Shown: positions 1-10,343, counted from the first letter of the stretch. The stretch: 64,000 bases of DNA from an uncultured Thermoleophilia bacterium (GCA_963705205.1 CAVPJG010000001.1:3871-67870); one strand, 5' to 3'. Made by a program: numbers and translations. Notes: generated by a model from the letters alone, not told the origin.

Positions 1-690
1 GCCCGTGCGCACGAGAACGCCCGTGACGCCCACGGCCTGGGCGGCGAGGACGTCGTTCTCCACGTCGTCGCCGACCATGGCGACGCGCTCGGCCGGCAGG
101 CCGAGCGCGTCCAGGCCGGCGCGGAACGACCCGGGCGCAGGCTTGCCGAGGACGACGGCCTCGAGCCCCGTGGCGGCCTCGAGGCCGAGAAGGTACGCCC
201 CGGCGTCCAGCTTCTCGCCGCGCCGGGTCATCCAGAAGAGGTTACGGTGCATGGCGACGAGCTCCGCGCCGCCGCGCAGGAGGGCCAGGACCTCGTTGAA
301 CGTCGAGAAGCAGAAGGAGTCGTCGGCGCCCGAGACGAGCACCACGTCCGGCGCCTCGTCCGCCCCGACCATCGCGACACCCGCGAGGTCCTCCGGCTGC
401 GCGTCCCCGATCAGGAAGACGCGCGCGCCCGGACGCTCCGCGCGCAGCCAGGCGGCCGCCAGCACCGACGCCGTGAGGATCTCCTCGTCGGCGAACGGGA
501 ACCCGGCCTCGCGGAGGACGGCGCCGAACCGCGCCTGTGGCAGCGCCGTCGTGTTGGTGACGACGCGCAGGGGCACGCCGGCGGCGTGCAGCCGCGTCAC
601 CGCCTCCGCGGCGCCCGGCAGCGGCGTCCAGGAGACGCCGAGCACGCCGTCCATGTCCAGGAGCAGGCCGTCGATGTGGTCCAGCTTCAC
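1..690 (-). CDS. HAD-superfamily subfamily IIA hydrolase (NagD/LHPP-like), 3' end runs off the window
   Basis: Not in ORF track. Manual translation from GTG at 690: MKLDHIDGLLLDMDGVL...VVTNTT...LGKP...MVGDD...LVRTG, i.e. HAD motifs I-IV. Confidence 0.88.
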   Translation of the reverse strand, partial: MKLDHIDGLLLDMDGVLGVSWTPLPGAAEAVTRLHAAGVPLRVVTNTTALPQARFGAVLREAGFPFADEEILTASVLAAAWLRAERPGARVFLIGDAQPEDLAGVAMVGADEAPDVVLVSGADDSFCFSTFNEVLALLRGGAELVAMHRNLFWMTRRGEKLDAGAYLLGLEAATGLEAVVLGKPAPGSFRAGLDALGLPAERVAMVGDDVENDVLAAQAVGVTGVLVRTG

Positions 691-704
691 TGCCTGAGCC
701 TATC

Positions 705-1961
705 TCACGCCTCGGCGACCCGCCCAGCGCGCCCGGCATCGTCGAGCGCTACCCGGGCGGCGGACCGTTGCTCGAGCGGGTCCAGTCGCAGCGTGACCAG
801 CGCCGCGACGAACGCGAAACCGCAGCCGATGAAGAAGGGCACCTGGTAGCCGACGTAGTTGAGGATCAGACCGGCCGCGACGGGCACCACGATGGCCGTG
901 GCGTGCAGCAGGGTCACGCCCATAGCAAGGCTGGGTGCGATGTCGGCGGGCACGGCGATCTTGCGCAGGTAGGTCGCCGCGCCGATCGCCGAGAACGGCG
1001 CGATGAAGCTGTAGACCACGTAGAAGGCGCACGCCAGCCAAACGTTGCCCATGAGCGCGTAGCCGCCGAGCGCGACGATGTAAGCGACGTTGATGGCCGA
1101 GAGCGTGCGCCGCTCGCCGTGGCGGTCGATCATCCGCCCGGCCCACGGCGAGAACAGCATGGCGACCACGGTCGAGCTGATGACGACCAGCGAGACCGCG
1201 GACACCCCGAGCCCGAACCGGCTCACCAGCACCCACAGGCCGAACGAGAAGAACAGCTGCTGCCGGGCGCCATCCAGCACGTTGAGCGCGTAGTAGTAAC
1301 GATAGTCGCGCCTCGCCACGATGCGCTGCCGGGGCATCTGCGCAGCGATCGGCTTGCCCTCGTGCAGGTGCGGGAAGCCGACGATGGCCGCCGCCCCCAG
1401 CAGCGCGATGAGGCCGCAGGCCACGTAGACCTGGGTGTAGGCGTCCTGCCACGCGAGGAAGAGCAGCATGACGGCGCCGGTCCCCACGAGCGCCCCGGCC
1501 TGCCCTATGCCCGCCATGACGCCCAGCACGCGGCCGCTGTGAGCCTCCGCCGACAGGGTCATGCCGAGCGCGACCTGCGTCTGCAGCACGGTGTGGAAGC
1601 CCAGGCTCCCGAGGACGACCCAGGGGAGGACGGTCCAGAAGCTCGTCGCCAGCGCATACCCGCCGACGCCGACGCCGAGGACGACGAGCGCCAGAGCGGT
1701 GAGGCGCTGCTGCGACATGCGGTACAGCAGCGCCGTGACGAGGATCAGCAGCAGTCCCGGGATCTCGCGGATCGCGGTGAGGTAGCCGAACTGCGGACCC
1801 GTGAAGTGCAGCACGTCGGCGAAGTAGTTGGTCGTCACGGCGTTGCTCGTGTTCATCGAGAGGCCGAAGGCCAGCGACATACCGGCCAGCAGGATGGAGC
1901 CACGACCGACGGGCGTCCGCCACACCGCCGGCAGGCGCCGGACCTCCCCGATCCGGATCAA
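705..1961 (-). CDS. MFS transporter
   Basis: About 12 hydrophobic segments and a GRMIDRHGERR loop motif. Start placed at an in-frame TTG overlapping the MarR stop (TTGA); start uncertain. Confidence 0.85.
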   Translation of the reverse strand: MIRIGEVRRLPAVWRTPVGRGSILLAGMSLAFGLSMNTSNAVTTNYFADVLHFTGPQFGYLTAIREIPGLLLILVTALLYRMSQQRLTALALVVLGVGVGGYALATSFWTVLPWVVLGSLGFHTVLQTQVALGMTLSAEAHSGRVLGVMAGIGQAGALVGTGAVMLLFLAWQDAYTQVYVACGLIALLGAAAIVGFPHLHEGKPIAAQMPRQRIVARRDYRYYYALNVLDGARQQLFFSFGLWVLVSRFGLGVSAVSLVVISSTVVAMLFSPWAGRMIDRHGERRTLSAINVAYIVALGGYALMGNVWLACAFYVVYSFIAPFSAIGAATYLRKIAVPADIAPSLAMGVTLLHATAIVVPVAAGLILNYVGYQVPFFIGCGFAFVAALVTLRLDPLEQRSAARVALDDAGRAGRVAEA

Positions 1962-2470
1962 CTGTGTTGCTCGTCCGAAGCTTCGGTGGGGAGCACAAGA
2001 TCTAGTTGCCACTCGGGGATGCCGAGGTCCTGAAGGACGCGGCTGCGGACCTTCATGAGCGACGACCTCAGCCGCTCACGTTCCCTCTTCGTCAAGACCG
2101 AGAACACCCGCTTGTCGGTCTCGTTGTGCAGGGACGCGTTGAAGACGTCGAGTCCCTTCTCGGTGATCTTCGCCACGATCCTCGAGCGTCCGGACGTCTT
2201 CTCTCTCGTGATCAGGCCGTCGGCCTCCATCCTCTTGAGCATCTCGGTGACGGAGTGAAGCTCCCGGAAGAGGTTGCGGGAGATCTCGACCGGGGTGGCA
2301 CTGCCGCCGTTGCGCTCGATGGCGTAGAGGACCGCGCGCCGGTCGTTGCTGATGCCGTACCGCGCGTAGTCGCGCTCGCGCGCCCGCAACATGGCGTCCT
2401 TGGTCTGGGCGATCAAGACCCAGAGCAGGAAGTACTCATCCACGACCGGCGCGTGATCGATGTCGGCCAT
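1958..2470 (-). CDS. MarR-family transcriptional regulator
   Basis: Winged HTH pattern (TPVEISR...SVTEMLKRMEADGLITR...KITEKG); GGAG SD upstream of ATG at 2470. Confidence 0.88.
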   Translation of the reverse strand: MADIDHAPVVDEYFLLWVLIAQTKDAMLRARERDYARYGISNDRRAVLYAIERNGGSATPVEISRNLFRELHSVTEMLKRMEADGLITREKTSGRSRIVAKITEKGLDVFNASLHNETDKRVFSVLTKRERERLRSSLMKVRSRVLQDLGIPEWQLDLVLPTEASDEQHS

Positions 2471-2580
2471 GCCTACTCCCAACCTCGAACGCTCATGCAG
2501 GGCGTGGCCATCCTAGCATCGGGCGAGCGGGCCGTGCGCGGCTGCTCAAAGGGAGTGGTGAAGGACCGCGGCTGGCCTCA

Positions 2581-2670
2581 TGGTGCCGGAGCCGGGACTC
2601 GAACCCGGACGCCGCCAGCGGCGACAGAGGATTTTAAGTCCCCGGCGTCTACCAGTTCCGCCACTCCGGC
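2581..2670 (-). tRNA. tRNA-Leu (anticodon TAA)
   Basis: Reverse complement GCCGGAGTGGCGGAACTGGTAGACGCCGGGGAC-TTAAAA-TCCTC...GGGTTCGAGTCCCGGCTCCGGCACCA: cloverleaf, long variable arm, encoded CCA. Confidence 0.97.
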
Positions 2671-2769
2671 ACGCACGCATCATATGCCGTGGGCACTGCG
2701 CGAAACGAGTCCTGCACCGGGTGCGGAGGCCGCGGCGGAAGCGCCGCGGATGCCGGGCCGCGCCGTCGG

Positions 2770-2871
2770 TCAGGCGGCCGGGCCGAAGGCGCCGGTGACG
2801 AACAACCACGCGGCGAAGGTGAGCAGCGGAGCGACGATGACGTGGCGACGCGTCAGGCGGCGCAGCAGCAC
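2770..2871 (-). CDS. Putative 33-aa small membrane protein
   Basis: GGGAGG SD 6 nt before GTG; MLLRRLTRRHVIVAPLLTFAAWLFVTGAFGPAA*; basic N-terminus plus one hydrophobic helix; GC3-rich codons. Confidence 0.6.
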   Translation of the reverse strand: MLLRRLTRRHVIVAPLLTFAAWLFVTGAFGPAA

Positions 2872-2950
2872 GTGGGACCTCCCGGGACGGACGGAGTGCT
2901 CGGCAGCAAGCTACAGGCCGTTGCCGGGACGGTCAACCCGGAATGATCGG

Positions 2951-2984
2951 GGGAGTCCGCGGGGCGCGGGAGTCCGCGGGGCGC
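2951..2984. repeat. Tandem 2 x 17-bp direct repeat
   Basis: GGGAGTCCGCGGGGCGC twice, just downstream of the ppx stop. Confidence 0.8.
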
Positions 2985-2994
2985 GCCGGACGGA

Positions 2995-3933
2995 TCAGGA
3001 CGGCGTCAGGGAGCCGTCGGTCAAGGCGAGCGCGGCGCCCTCGAGGAGGTCGGCCTCGCTGACGCTGACGGCGTCGAGGCCGAACGCGCGGCACGCCTCA
3101 CGAGCGATGAGCGCGCCGGCGAGGATGACGTCCTCGCGGCCGGGCTGGATGCCCGGGAGCCGGCCGCGCTCCGCGCTCGTCATCGCCGAGAAGCGGGCGA
3201 TCGCGCCGTCGATGTCGGCCAGCGAGAGCACGTGGGCCTGCACGCGTCGCGCGTCGTACTCGATCATGCCGAGCTTGTCGGCGACGAGCGTGGTGTAGGT
3301 GCCGGCGACGCCGACCGCACCGCGGACCGCAGCGCGGAGGTCCGCCGGCACCCCGCGCTCGATGGAGGCGACGACGTGGCCCGTCAGGGCCGCGATCTCC
3401 GCCGCCGGAGGCGGGTCGGCGTGGAGGAAGCGCTCGGTGAGCCGCACCACGCCGACGTCAAGGCTGCGAACGAACGCCGGCGGCCGGCCGGCGGAGCCGA
3501 TGGCGAACTCGGTGCTGCCGCCGCCGATGTCGACGAGCAGGAGCGGGTCGGGCGCGCGCTCGTCCAGCCACGAGGTCCCGCCGCGGAAGGCGAGCCCGCC
3601 CTCCTCCTCCCCACTGAGGATCCGCCACGGCAGGCCGAACTCGTACCTCATGGCCTTGAGGAACTGCTTGCCGTCGAGAGCGTCGCGCACGACGCTGGTG
3701 CCGATGAGGAGACGACGGGCCGGGCCGTAGGCCTCGAGGCGTGGCGCGTATCCGGCAAGGCAGGCGTGAGTCCTCGCAACGGCGTCCGCGTGCAGCCGGC
3801 CGGTCTCGTCGACGCCCTGGCCCAGACGCACGACCGTCGTCATGCGCTCCGCCTGCGCCACACGCCCGTCCGTCACGTCGGCCAGGAACAGCCGGCAGGT
3901 GTTGGTGCCCAGGTCGACGACGGCGACTTTCAT
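2995..3933 (-). CDS. ppx: Ppx/GppA family exopolyphosphatase
   Basis: MKVAVVDLGTNT, VRLGQGVD, ILSGEEEG, DIGGGSTE motifs; true start ATG 3933 overlaps the DUF501 stop. Confidence 0.93.
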   Translation of the reverse strand: MKVAVVDLGTNTCRLFLADVTDGRVAQAERMTTVVRLGQGVDETGRLHADAVARTHACLAGYAPRLEAYGPARRLLIGTSVVRDALDGKQFLKAMRYEFGLPWRILSGEEEGGLAFRGGTSWLDERAPDPLLLVDIGGGSTEFAIGSAGRPPAFVRSLDVGVVRLTERFLHADPPPAAEIAALTGHVVASIERGVPADLRAAVRGAVGVAGTYTTLVADKLGMIEYDARRVQAHVLSLADIDGAIARFSAMTSAERGRLPGIQPGREDVILAGALIAREACRAFGLDAVSVSEADLLEGAALALTDGSLTPS

Positions 3934-4478
3934 GCCGCACCATCCCGCACGAAGGCGGCACAGCGGCGGTCGTCGCACCACGGATCGGTGACCTCGGCGA
4001 GGATCGCCTCGCCGAGCGCGTAGCCCGGCCGCGCGAGTGCGTGCGCGACGTGCGCATGCAGGCACTTGACGGCGAGCAGGTCGCTCACACCGCCGACGCC
4101 GCTGGTGAGCGAGGCGCCGCCGTCCACCATGGCGAGCCCGTGCGCATGGACCAGGTCCGCGCGGCGAACGGCGGAGTCGGCGGCGGCGTCCGCCGCCGAG
4201 CGCGCGAGCCCGGGCTCGGCGGCGAGCCGGGAGGACCAGCGCGCCACGCCGCCGTCGCTCTCGAGCCTGCCTACGGCGGCGGTCAGCGTCGGGCACGTGC
4301 AGTAGTACAGCGTCGGGAAGGGACGGCCATGGCCGTCGTAGGGCAGGTCCTCGACGACAGCCGGGTACCCGAACGGGCAGCGCGCCGCGACGGCGCTCAT
4401 GGCGTGGGGCGCGCGGCCCAGCTGGCCGGCGACGACGGCGGCGTCCGCGCCGGCCACCAGCGGCGGCGCCTCGCTCAC
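3930..4478 (-). CDS. DUF501 family protein
   Basis: QLGR.P, RCPFG.P, PFPTLYY.TCP, GVGG, VKCLHAHVAHALA; usual position between ftsB and ppx. Confidence 0.9.
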   Translation of the reverse strand: MSEAPPLVAGADAAVVAGQLGRAPHAMSAVAARCPFGYPAVVEDLPYDGHGRPFPTLYYCTCPTLTAAVGRLESDGGVARWSSRLAAEPGLARSAADAAADSAVRRADLVHAHGLAMVDGGASLTSGVGGVSDLLAVKCLHAHVAHALARPGYALGEAILAEVTDPWCDDRRCAAFVRDGAA

Positions 4479-4514
4479 GCGCGCCTCCCCACGGCGGCGC
4501 TGATCACCGGCGCC

Positions 4515-4988
4515 TCAGTGCAGCAGGGTGCGCCACAGGTCCTCGATGCGGTCGAGGACGGAGATCGAGGCCTCGACCGGCGGCGTCGCCGTGCTGAAGC
4601 GGTTCTCCTCGTCCTTGCCCGGCAGCCCCTTGATCACGAAGACCTGGGTGCCGGGCGGCACGAGCATCGAGTCCGAGCGGGCGAGCTGGGCGATGTAGGC
4701 CTTGGTGGCGAGGAGGTCGACCTCGCGCTCGAGCGCCGCGTGGTCCCGGCGGGCGGCCTGAAGCTCGGCAGCGGCCTTCTCGTAGCGGTCCTGCTGCGCG
4801 AAGAAGTCGCGCAGCGGCGTGACGTAGAATGCGGCGCCGACGACCAGCAGCACGAGCAGCGCCAAACGCCCGAAGTGCGGACGCGGCGCGTAGCGGCCCG
4901 CGCCGGCGGGCGCGCGCCGCGAGTGCCCCGGTCCGGAGCCCGCTGTTGAGGTCGCCTGGGCCACGCTCTCCTGTTTCCGGCTCGCCAT
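4515..4988 (-). CDS. Septum formation initiator (FtsB/DivIC family)
   Basis: Single TM segment, coiled coil, YIAQLARS..MLVPPG motif; synteny with DUF501-ppx. Confidence 0.85.
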   Translation of the reverse strand: MASRKQESVAQATSTAGSGPGHSRRAPAGAGRYAPRPHFGRLALLVLLVVGAAFYVTPLRDFFAQQDRYEKAAAELQAARRDHAALEREVDLLATKAYIAQLARSDSMLVPPGTQVFVIKGLPGKDEENRFSTATPPVEASISVLDRIEDLWRTLLH

Positions 4989-5101
4989 CTGCCGCCCGCA
5001 CTGCGCAGGACGGCCCCTTCTCGCCCTAAAGGTTCGCGGCCGCCGGCGTGTGTCCCTGCCCGGCGGCCGCGAACCCTGGGGTCACGCGTCTGTGTGCGCG
5101 T

Positions 5102-5884
5102 CTACTGCTGGAGCTGCTGCAGGCTCTGGTCGGCCTGCTTGCCGGCCTCGGACTTCGAATCGATCGCCACGGCCTTGGTGAGCGCGACCTTGGCCTGGGC
5201 GAGCTGCTTGTCGGCGGTCTTCGTGTCGCCGGCCTGCTCGCTGATCCGGGACTCGTGGCTGAGGAAGATACCCTTGTTGAGCCAGCCCTTCTGGAAGTCG
5301 GGGTTGGCCTTGAGGACCGCGTCGATCTGCTTGAGCGCGCCGGAGATGTCGCCGCTGTAGAACTGGGCGACCGCCATGTCGGTGCCCACGCCCGGATCGG
5401 TCGCCTGCTTGGCCCACGCCGCGGCATAGATCTTGGCGGCGGCGGCGAAGTACGCGCCGCCCTGCTCGAAGTCCTGGTTCTGGAAGGCGGCGTCGCCCTG
5501 GTCGTAGAGGTCGTTGGCGCGGGCGACGAGCTCCTCGTAGCTGCCGCTGGTGTCGGCCTCGACAGCCGCGACAGGCGATTCGCCTTCGCCGGCGTTGAGA
5601 GTGCCGGCCGCGTCGCCGCCGAAGCCGCCGGAGATCATGAGGACGACGAGGATGACGACCACGGCGAGGGCGCCGAAGCCGCCCCAGATGACGAAAGGTG
5701 ACAGGCGCTTGGGGCCGCCCTCAGCGGCGGCGGTCTGGCTCGCGGCCGCGCCGCCTCCCTGCCCGGCGGCCTTGCCAGCGCCGGTCTTGCCGCTCAGAGC
5801 GTCCTGCACGCCGGCCAGGTCCGCGCCGCACTCGGGGCAGAACTTGGCCTTGCCGGCGTCGTTGCCGCATTCGGGACAGTACAT
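5102..5884 (-). CDS. Membrane-anchored protein: N-terminal zinc ribbon, TM helix, TPR repeats
   Basis: MYCPECG...AKFCPECG, hydrophobic segment, TPR-like helices. Confidence 0.8.
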   Translation of the reverse strand: MYCPECGNDAGKAKFCPECGADLAGVQDALSGKTGAGKAAGQGGGAAASQTAAAEGGPKRLSPFVIWGGFGALAVVVILVVLMISGGFGGDAAGTLNAGEGESPVAAVEADTSGSYEELVARANDLYDQGDAAFQNQDFEQGGAYFAAAAKIYAAAWAKQATDPGVGTDMAVAQFYSGDISGALKQIDAVLKANPDFQKGWLNKGIFLSHESRISEQAGDTKTADKQLAQAKVALTKAVAIDSKSEAGKQADQSLQQLQQ

Positions 5885-5961
5885 GCTTACGCTTCCTTTG
5901 GGTCAGGGTGGGTCGTGGTAGGCTCGACCGCGATACGGCCGGCGGTATCTGAGGAGACAGT

Positions 5962-7230
5962 TTGAGGCACGAGAGGCCACTTCTGCAACTCGTGGACCAG
6001 CTCTACCCCCCGAGCGCGTGCGTGGACGTCGCCGGGGAGGTGGCGCGAGGTCTGGAGCGGGCCGGTCTGCATGCTCTGGTGACGCGCGGGGCGCGCGTCG
6101 CGATCACGGCCGGCAGCCGCGGCATCCGCGACCTCCCGGCCGTGCTCGCCGCCGCGGTCGCCGCCGTCCGCGAGGCGGGCGGCGACCCCTTCGTCGCGCC
6201 CTGCATGGGCAGCCACGGCGGCGCGACGGCCGAGGGACAGCGCGCGGTGCTCGAGCGCCTCGGCGTGACCGCGGAGAGCGTGGGCGCCGAGGTCGTCTCG
6301 TCCATGGACGCGGTGTCCGTGGGCGAGAGCGCCTTCGGCGTACCGGTCTGGGCGTCGCGCGACCTTGCCGAGGCGGACGGCGTCATCGTCGTGAACCGCG
6401 TCAAGCCCCACACCGACTTCCACGGCGAGGTCGAGAGCGGCCTCGTCAAGATGCTGGTGGTCGGCGCCGGCAAGCACGCCGGCGCCCTCTCGGCGCACAG
6501 CCTCACCGTGCGCCACGGATTCCCCGCCGTGCTCGCCGACCACGGCGAGCGGCTGCTCGCCGGCCTGCCCGTGCTGTGCGGGATCGCCGTGGTGGAGGAC
6601 CAGCGCGAGCAGACGGCGCTGCTCGAGGTGTTGCGCCCGGACGAGTTCTTCGCGCGCGAGCCCGCCCTGCTCGAGCGCGCGCGCGGATTGCTGCCGCGGC
6701 TGCCGTTCGCCCAGCTCGACGTCCTCGTCGTGGACCGGCTTGGCAAGGACGTCAGCGGCGCCGGAATGGACACCAACGTCATCGGCCGGGTGTCGTTCTG
6801 GGGCGGCGGCGACCGCCCTGCCGAGCCGCGCATCACGAGGATCTTCGTGCGCGGCCTCACAACGGCCACCCACGGCAATGCCTGCGGCATCGGTATGGCC
6901 GATTTCACCACCGTCCGCTGTGCCGCGGAAATCGACCGGGCGGCGACCGGAGTGAACTGCATCACCTCCAACTGCCCGGAGGATGCACGCATCCCCATCG
7001 CCTGCGCGACGGACCGGGAGGCGGTCGCGGCGGCGGTCCAGACGGCCGGCGTCAGGGATCTCGGCGAGGTGCGGCTCGCGTGGGTGAGGGACACGGCGCA
7101 TCTGGAGCGGATCGCCGTGTCGGAGGCCCTGCTGGACGAGGTGCGGGCCGGCGAGACGCTGCGCCCCGCCGGCCCGCTCTTCCCTCTGCCCTACGACGAG
7201 GACGGCGACCTGCGGTCGCCGTTCTCCTGA
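5962..7230 (+). CDS. LarA-superfamily (lactate racemase N-domain / DUF362-like) protein
   Basis: VAITAGSRGI, PCMGSHGGAT, VNRVKPHTDF, ESGLVKM, GKDVSGAGMDTNVIGR; GAGGAG SD before TTG. Confidence 0.8.
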   Translation: MRHERPLLQLVDQLYPPSACVDVAGEVARGLERAGLHALVTRGARVAITAGSRGIRDLPAVLAAAVAAVREAGGDPFVAPCMGSHGGATAEGQRAVLERLGVTAESVGAEVVSSMDAVSVGESAFGVPVWASRDLAEADGVIVVNRVKPHTDFHGEVESGLVKMLVVGAGKHAGALSAHSLTVRHGFPAVLADHGERLLAGLPVLCGIAVVEDQREQTALLEVLRPDEFFAREPALLERARGLLPRLPFAQLDVLVVDRLGKDVSGAGMDTNVIGRVSFWGGGDRPAEPRITRIFVRGLTTATHGNACGIGMADFTTVRCAAEIDRAATGVNCITSNCPEDARIPIACATDREAVAAAVQTAGVRDLGEVRLAWVRDTAHLERIAVSEALLDEVRAGETLRPAGPLFPLPYDEDGDLRSPFS

Positions 7231-7352
7231 TCCTTCTCGCGTTCGCCGAGCTCGACCCGGCTTGCGCGGGCCTCACTGCACATGGCGGAGCAGTCCTGCC
7301 ACGGGCGCGGGACCGCTGGGCGTCCGAGCCACCATGTCTTCATCGCGACAAG

Positions 7353-7410
7353 CACGCCCGGGCGCACGCCCAGAGATACAACAGTACCCCTGGGCGTGCA
7401 CCCGAGCGTG
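7353..7410 (-). other. 27-bp uninterrupted RNA hairpin (candidate ncRNA or 3' UTR element)
   Basis: Minus strand folds into 27 consecutive pairs with a 4-nt loop; all four non-Watson-Crick positions are G-U on the minus strand. Confidence 0.7.
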
Positions 7411-7504
7411 TCAGCACCTCGCACGACACCATCCCCCCGGCGCGCTCCTATCGCCGTGCGCGTGACCGGCGCTGTGATCGCCGGGCGACCCGCGCGCCCC
7501 GAAC

Positions 7505-8836
<1,332 letters not shown>

Positions 8837-8929
8837 CTATCACACAGGTCGTCACGCAACCGTTCGCACACATTTGGCGCAGCGTGACGCCGGGAACATA
8901 CCCGGTGTGGGACACAGAAGGGGGAGATC

Positions 8930-9073
8930 ATGGACGTTCCCTACTACACGTGCGAAGACTGCGGCGCGGCCTTCACCAAGACGGAGCTGCTCCCGGACGT
9001 GGAGGAAGACCTGCTCTCGTGCCCCGAGTGCGGCGGCCTCGATATCGGGCTCGTCGAGGAGCCGGCGGCCTGA
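8930..9073 (+). CDS. 47-aa zinc-ribbon protein (FmdB/HypA-like CxxC...CxxC)
   Basis: AAGGGGGAG SD; MDVPYYTCEDCGAAFTKTELLPDVEEDLLSCPECGGLDIGLVEEPAA*; below the ORF-track size cutoff. Confidence 0.8.
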   Translation: MDVPYYTCEDCGAAFTKTELLPDVEEDLLSCPECGGLDIGLVEEPAA

Positions 9074-9083
9074 GACGCCGGGG

Positions 9084-10343
9084 TCAGGCGCCGGCGTCCG
9101 CGGGCGGCTCGCCGCCCGGACCCGACGCTTCTCCGCCCTTGGCGCGCTGGTAGTACAGCTCCTGCGTCTGCAGGTCGAGCGATGACCAGTCCCGGCCGTC
9201 GGCGGCGGCGAGTTCGGCCGCCCCCGTCACCCTGCGTTCGAAGCGGTTGCCGGCCTCACGCAGCGCGAGCTCCGGGTCCACGTGCAGCAGCCGCGCGACG
9301 TTGACCGTGGCGAACAGCAGGTCGCCGACCTCGTGGGCCACGCGCGGGTCGGCGCGGTGCGGGTCGGCGGAGACGGGCGGCTGGACCGACGCCTCGGGCT
9401 GTACGGCCACGGCGGCCTCGGCGGCCGCGGCTTCGTGGAACAGCTCGGCGAGCTCGGCGTGCTCCTCGGCGATCTTGGGGAACGCCTCGGCGGCCGAGTC
9501 CCAGTCGAAGCCCACGCTGGCGGCGCGCTGCTGCAGCTTCTTGGCGTACAGCAGCGCGGGAAACCCGGCCGGCACGTCGTGGAAGATGCCCTGCCGGCCC
9601 TCCTGCTCCACCTTGATCCGCTCCCAGCGGCTCTTGACGGCCGCGGGCGTCTCGGCGACGGCGCCGGCGAAGATGTGCGGGTGCCGGCGGATGAGCTTGA
9701 CCTCGATGTCGTGCGCGACGCTGGCGAGGTCGCCGGCGCCATCCTCGCTCAGCATGAGCGCGAGCAGCACGACCTGCAGCAGCAGGTCGCCGAGCTCGCC
9801 GTGCTCCGCCTGAAGGTCGCCGGCGGCGATGGCGTCGGCCAGCTCGTGGACCTCCTCCACCGTGTAGCCGACGATGTCCCGGGGCGTCTGCTCGCGATCC
9901 CAGGGGCACTCCACCCGCAGCACGTCCACGATGCGCTTGAGAGAGACCAGCTCCTGGCCGAGCAGGGCGTCGTCGAAGGCCTGACCGGCGGGCACGGTGA
10001 CCAGCGCGAGCGCCGGCGCATCCCCGGATGCGGCGCCGGCCGCGACGGAGGCGGCCCGCCGCCGCAGCTCGCGCGCCAGCTGCGGCCCGCCGGAGCCGGC
10101 AAGCGCGACCACGACCTCGCCGGCGGCGGCGCTGCACAAGAGGTCGTCGAGGCCCTTGCCGTCGGCCGGATCCAGTTCGAGCAGCCGGCCGAAGCCGGGG
10201 TCTGCGGCGTCGGCGACGAGATCTCTGAGCTCACCCTCGAGGCCCGCGGGAACGAAGACGGCGCCGCCGCCGGAGAGGGCCCGCAGCGATGCTACGGGCG
10301 CCAGTCCGGCGGCGGCGCCGATGTACACGAGCGTGAGGCTCAT
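9084..10343 (-). CDS. mazG: Nucleoside triphosphate pyrophosphohydrolase MazG with degenerate N-terminal domain (YabN-like)
   Basis: CPWDREQT, EEVHEL, ELGDLLLQV, KLIRRHPHIF, GFDW, EVGDLLFA. Confidence 0.93.
   Translation of the reverse strand: MSLTLVYIGAAAGLAPVASLRALSGGGAVFVPAGLEGELRDLVADAADPGFGRLLELDPADGKGLDDLLCSAAAGEVVVALAGSGGPQLARELRRRAASVAAGAASGDAPALALVTVPAGQAFDDALLGQELVSLKRIVDVLRVECPWDREQTPRDIVGYTVEEVHELADAIAAGDLQAEHGELGDLLLQVVLLALMLSEDGAGDLASVAHDIEVKLIRRHPHIFAGAVAETPAAVKSRWERIKVEQEGRQGIFHDVPAGFPALLYAKKLQQRAASVGFDWDSAAEAFPKIAEEHAELAELFHEAAAAEAAVAVQPEASVQPPVSADPHRADPRVAHEVGDLLFATVNVARLLHVDPELALREAGNRFERRVTGAAELAAADGRDWSSLDLQTQELYYQRAKGGEASGPGGEPPADAGA

Noticed and set aside
1-2580. Possible island integrated at the tRNA-Leu 3' end (MarR-MFS-HAD)
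   Set aside because: No integrase and no duplicated tRNA 3' end visible in the window; cannot be excluded beyond the left edge.
2951-2984. 17-bp tandem duplication as a regulatory or mobile-element signal
   Set aside because: Only two copies of a GC-rich unit with no other context; most likely slippage.
7231-7504. Retron msr-msd, SRP or 6S RNA reading of the long hairpin
   Set aside because: No reverse transcriptase nearby, no SRP GGAA-loop motif, and no closing stem with central bubble that I could identify.
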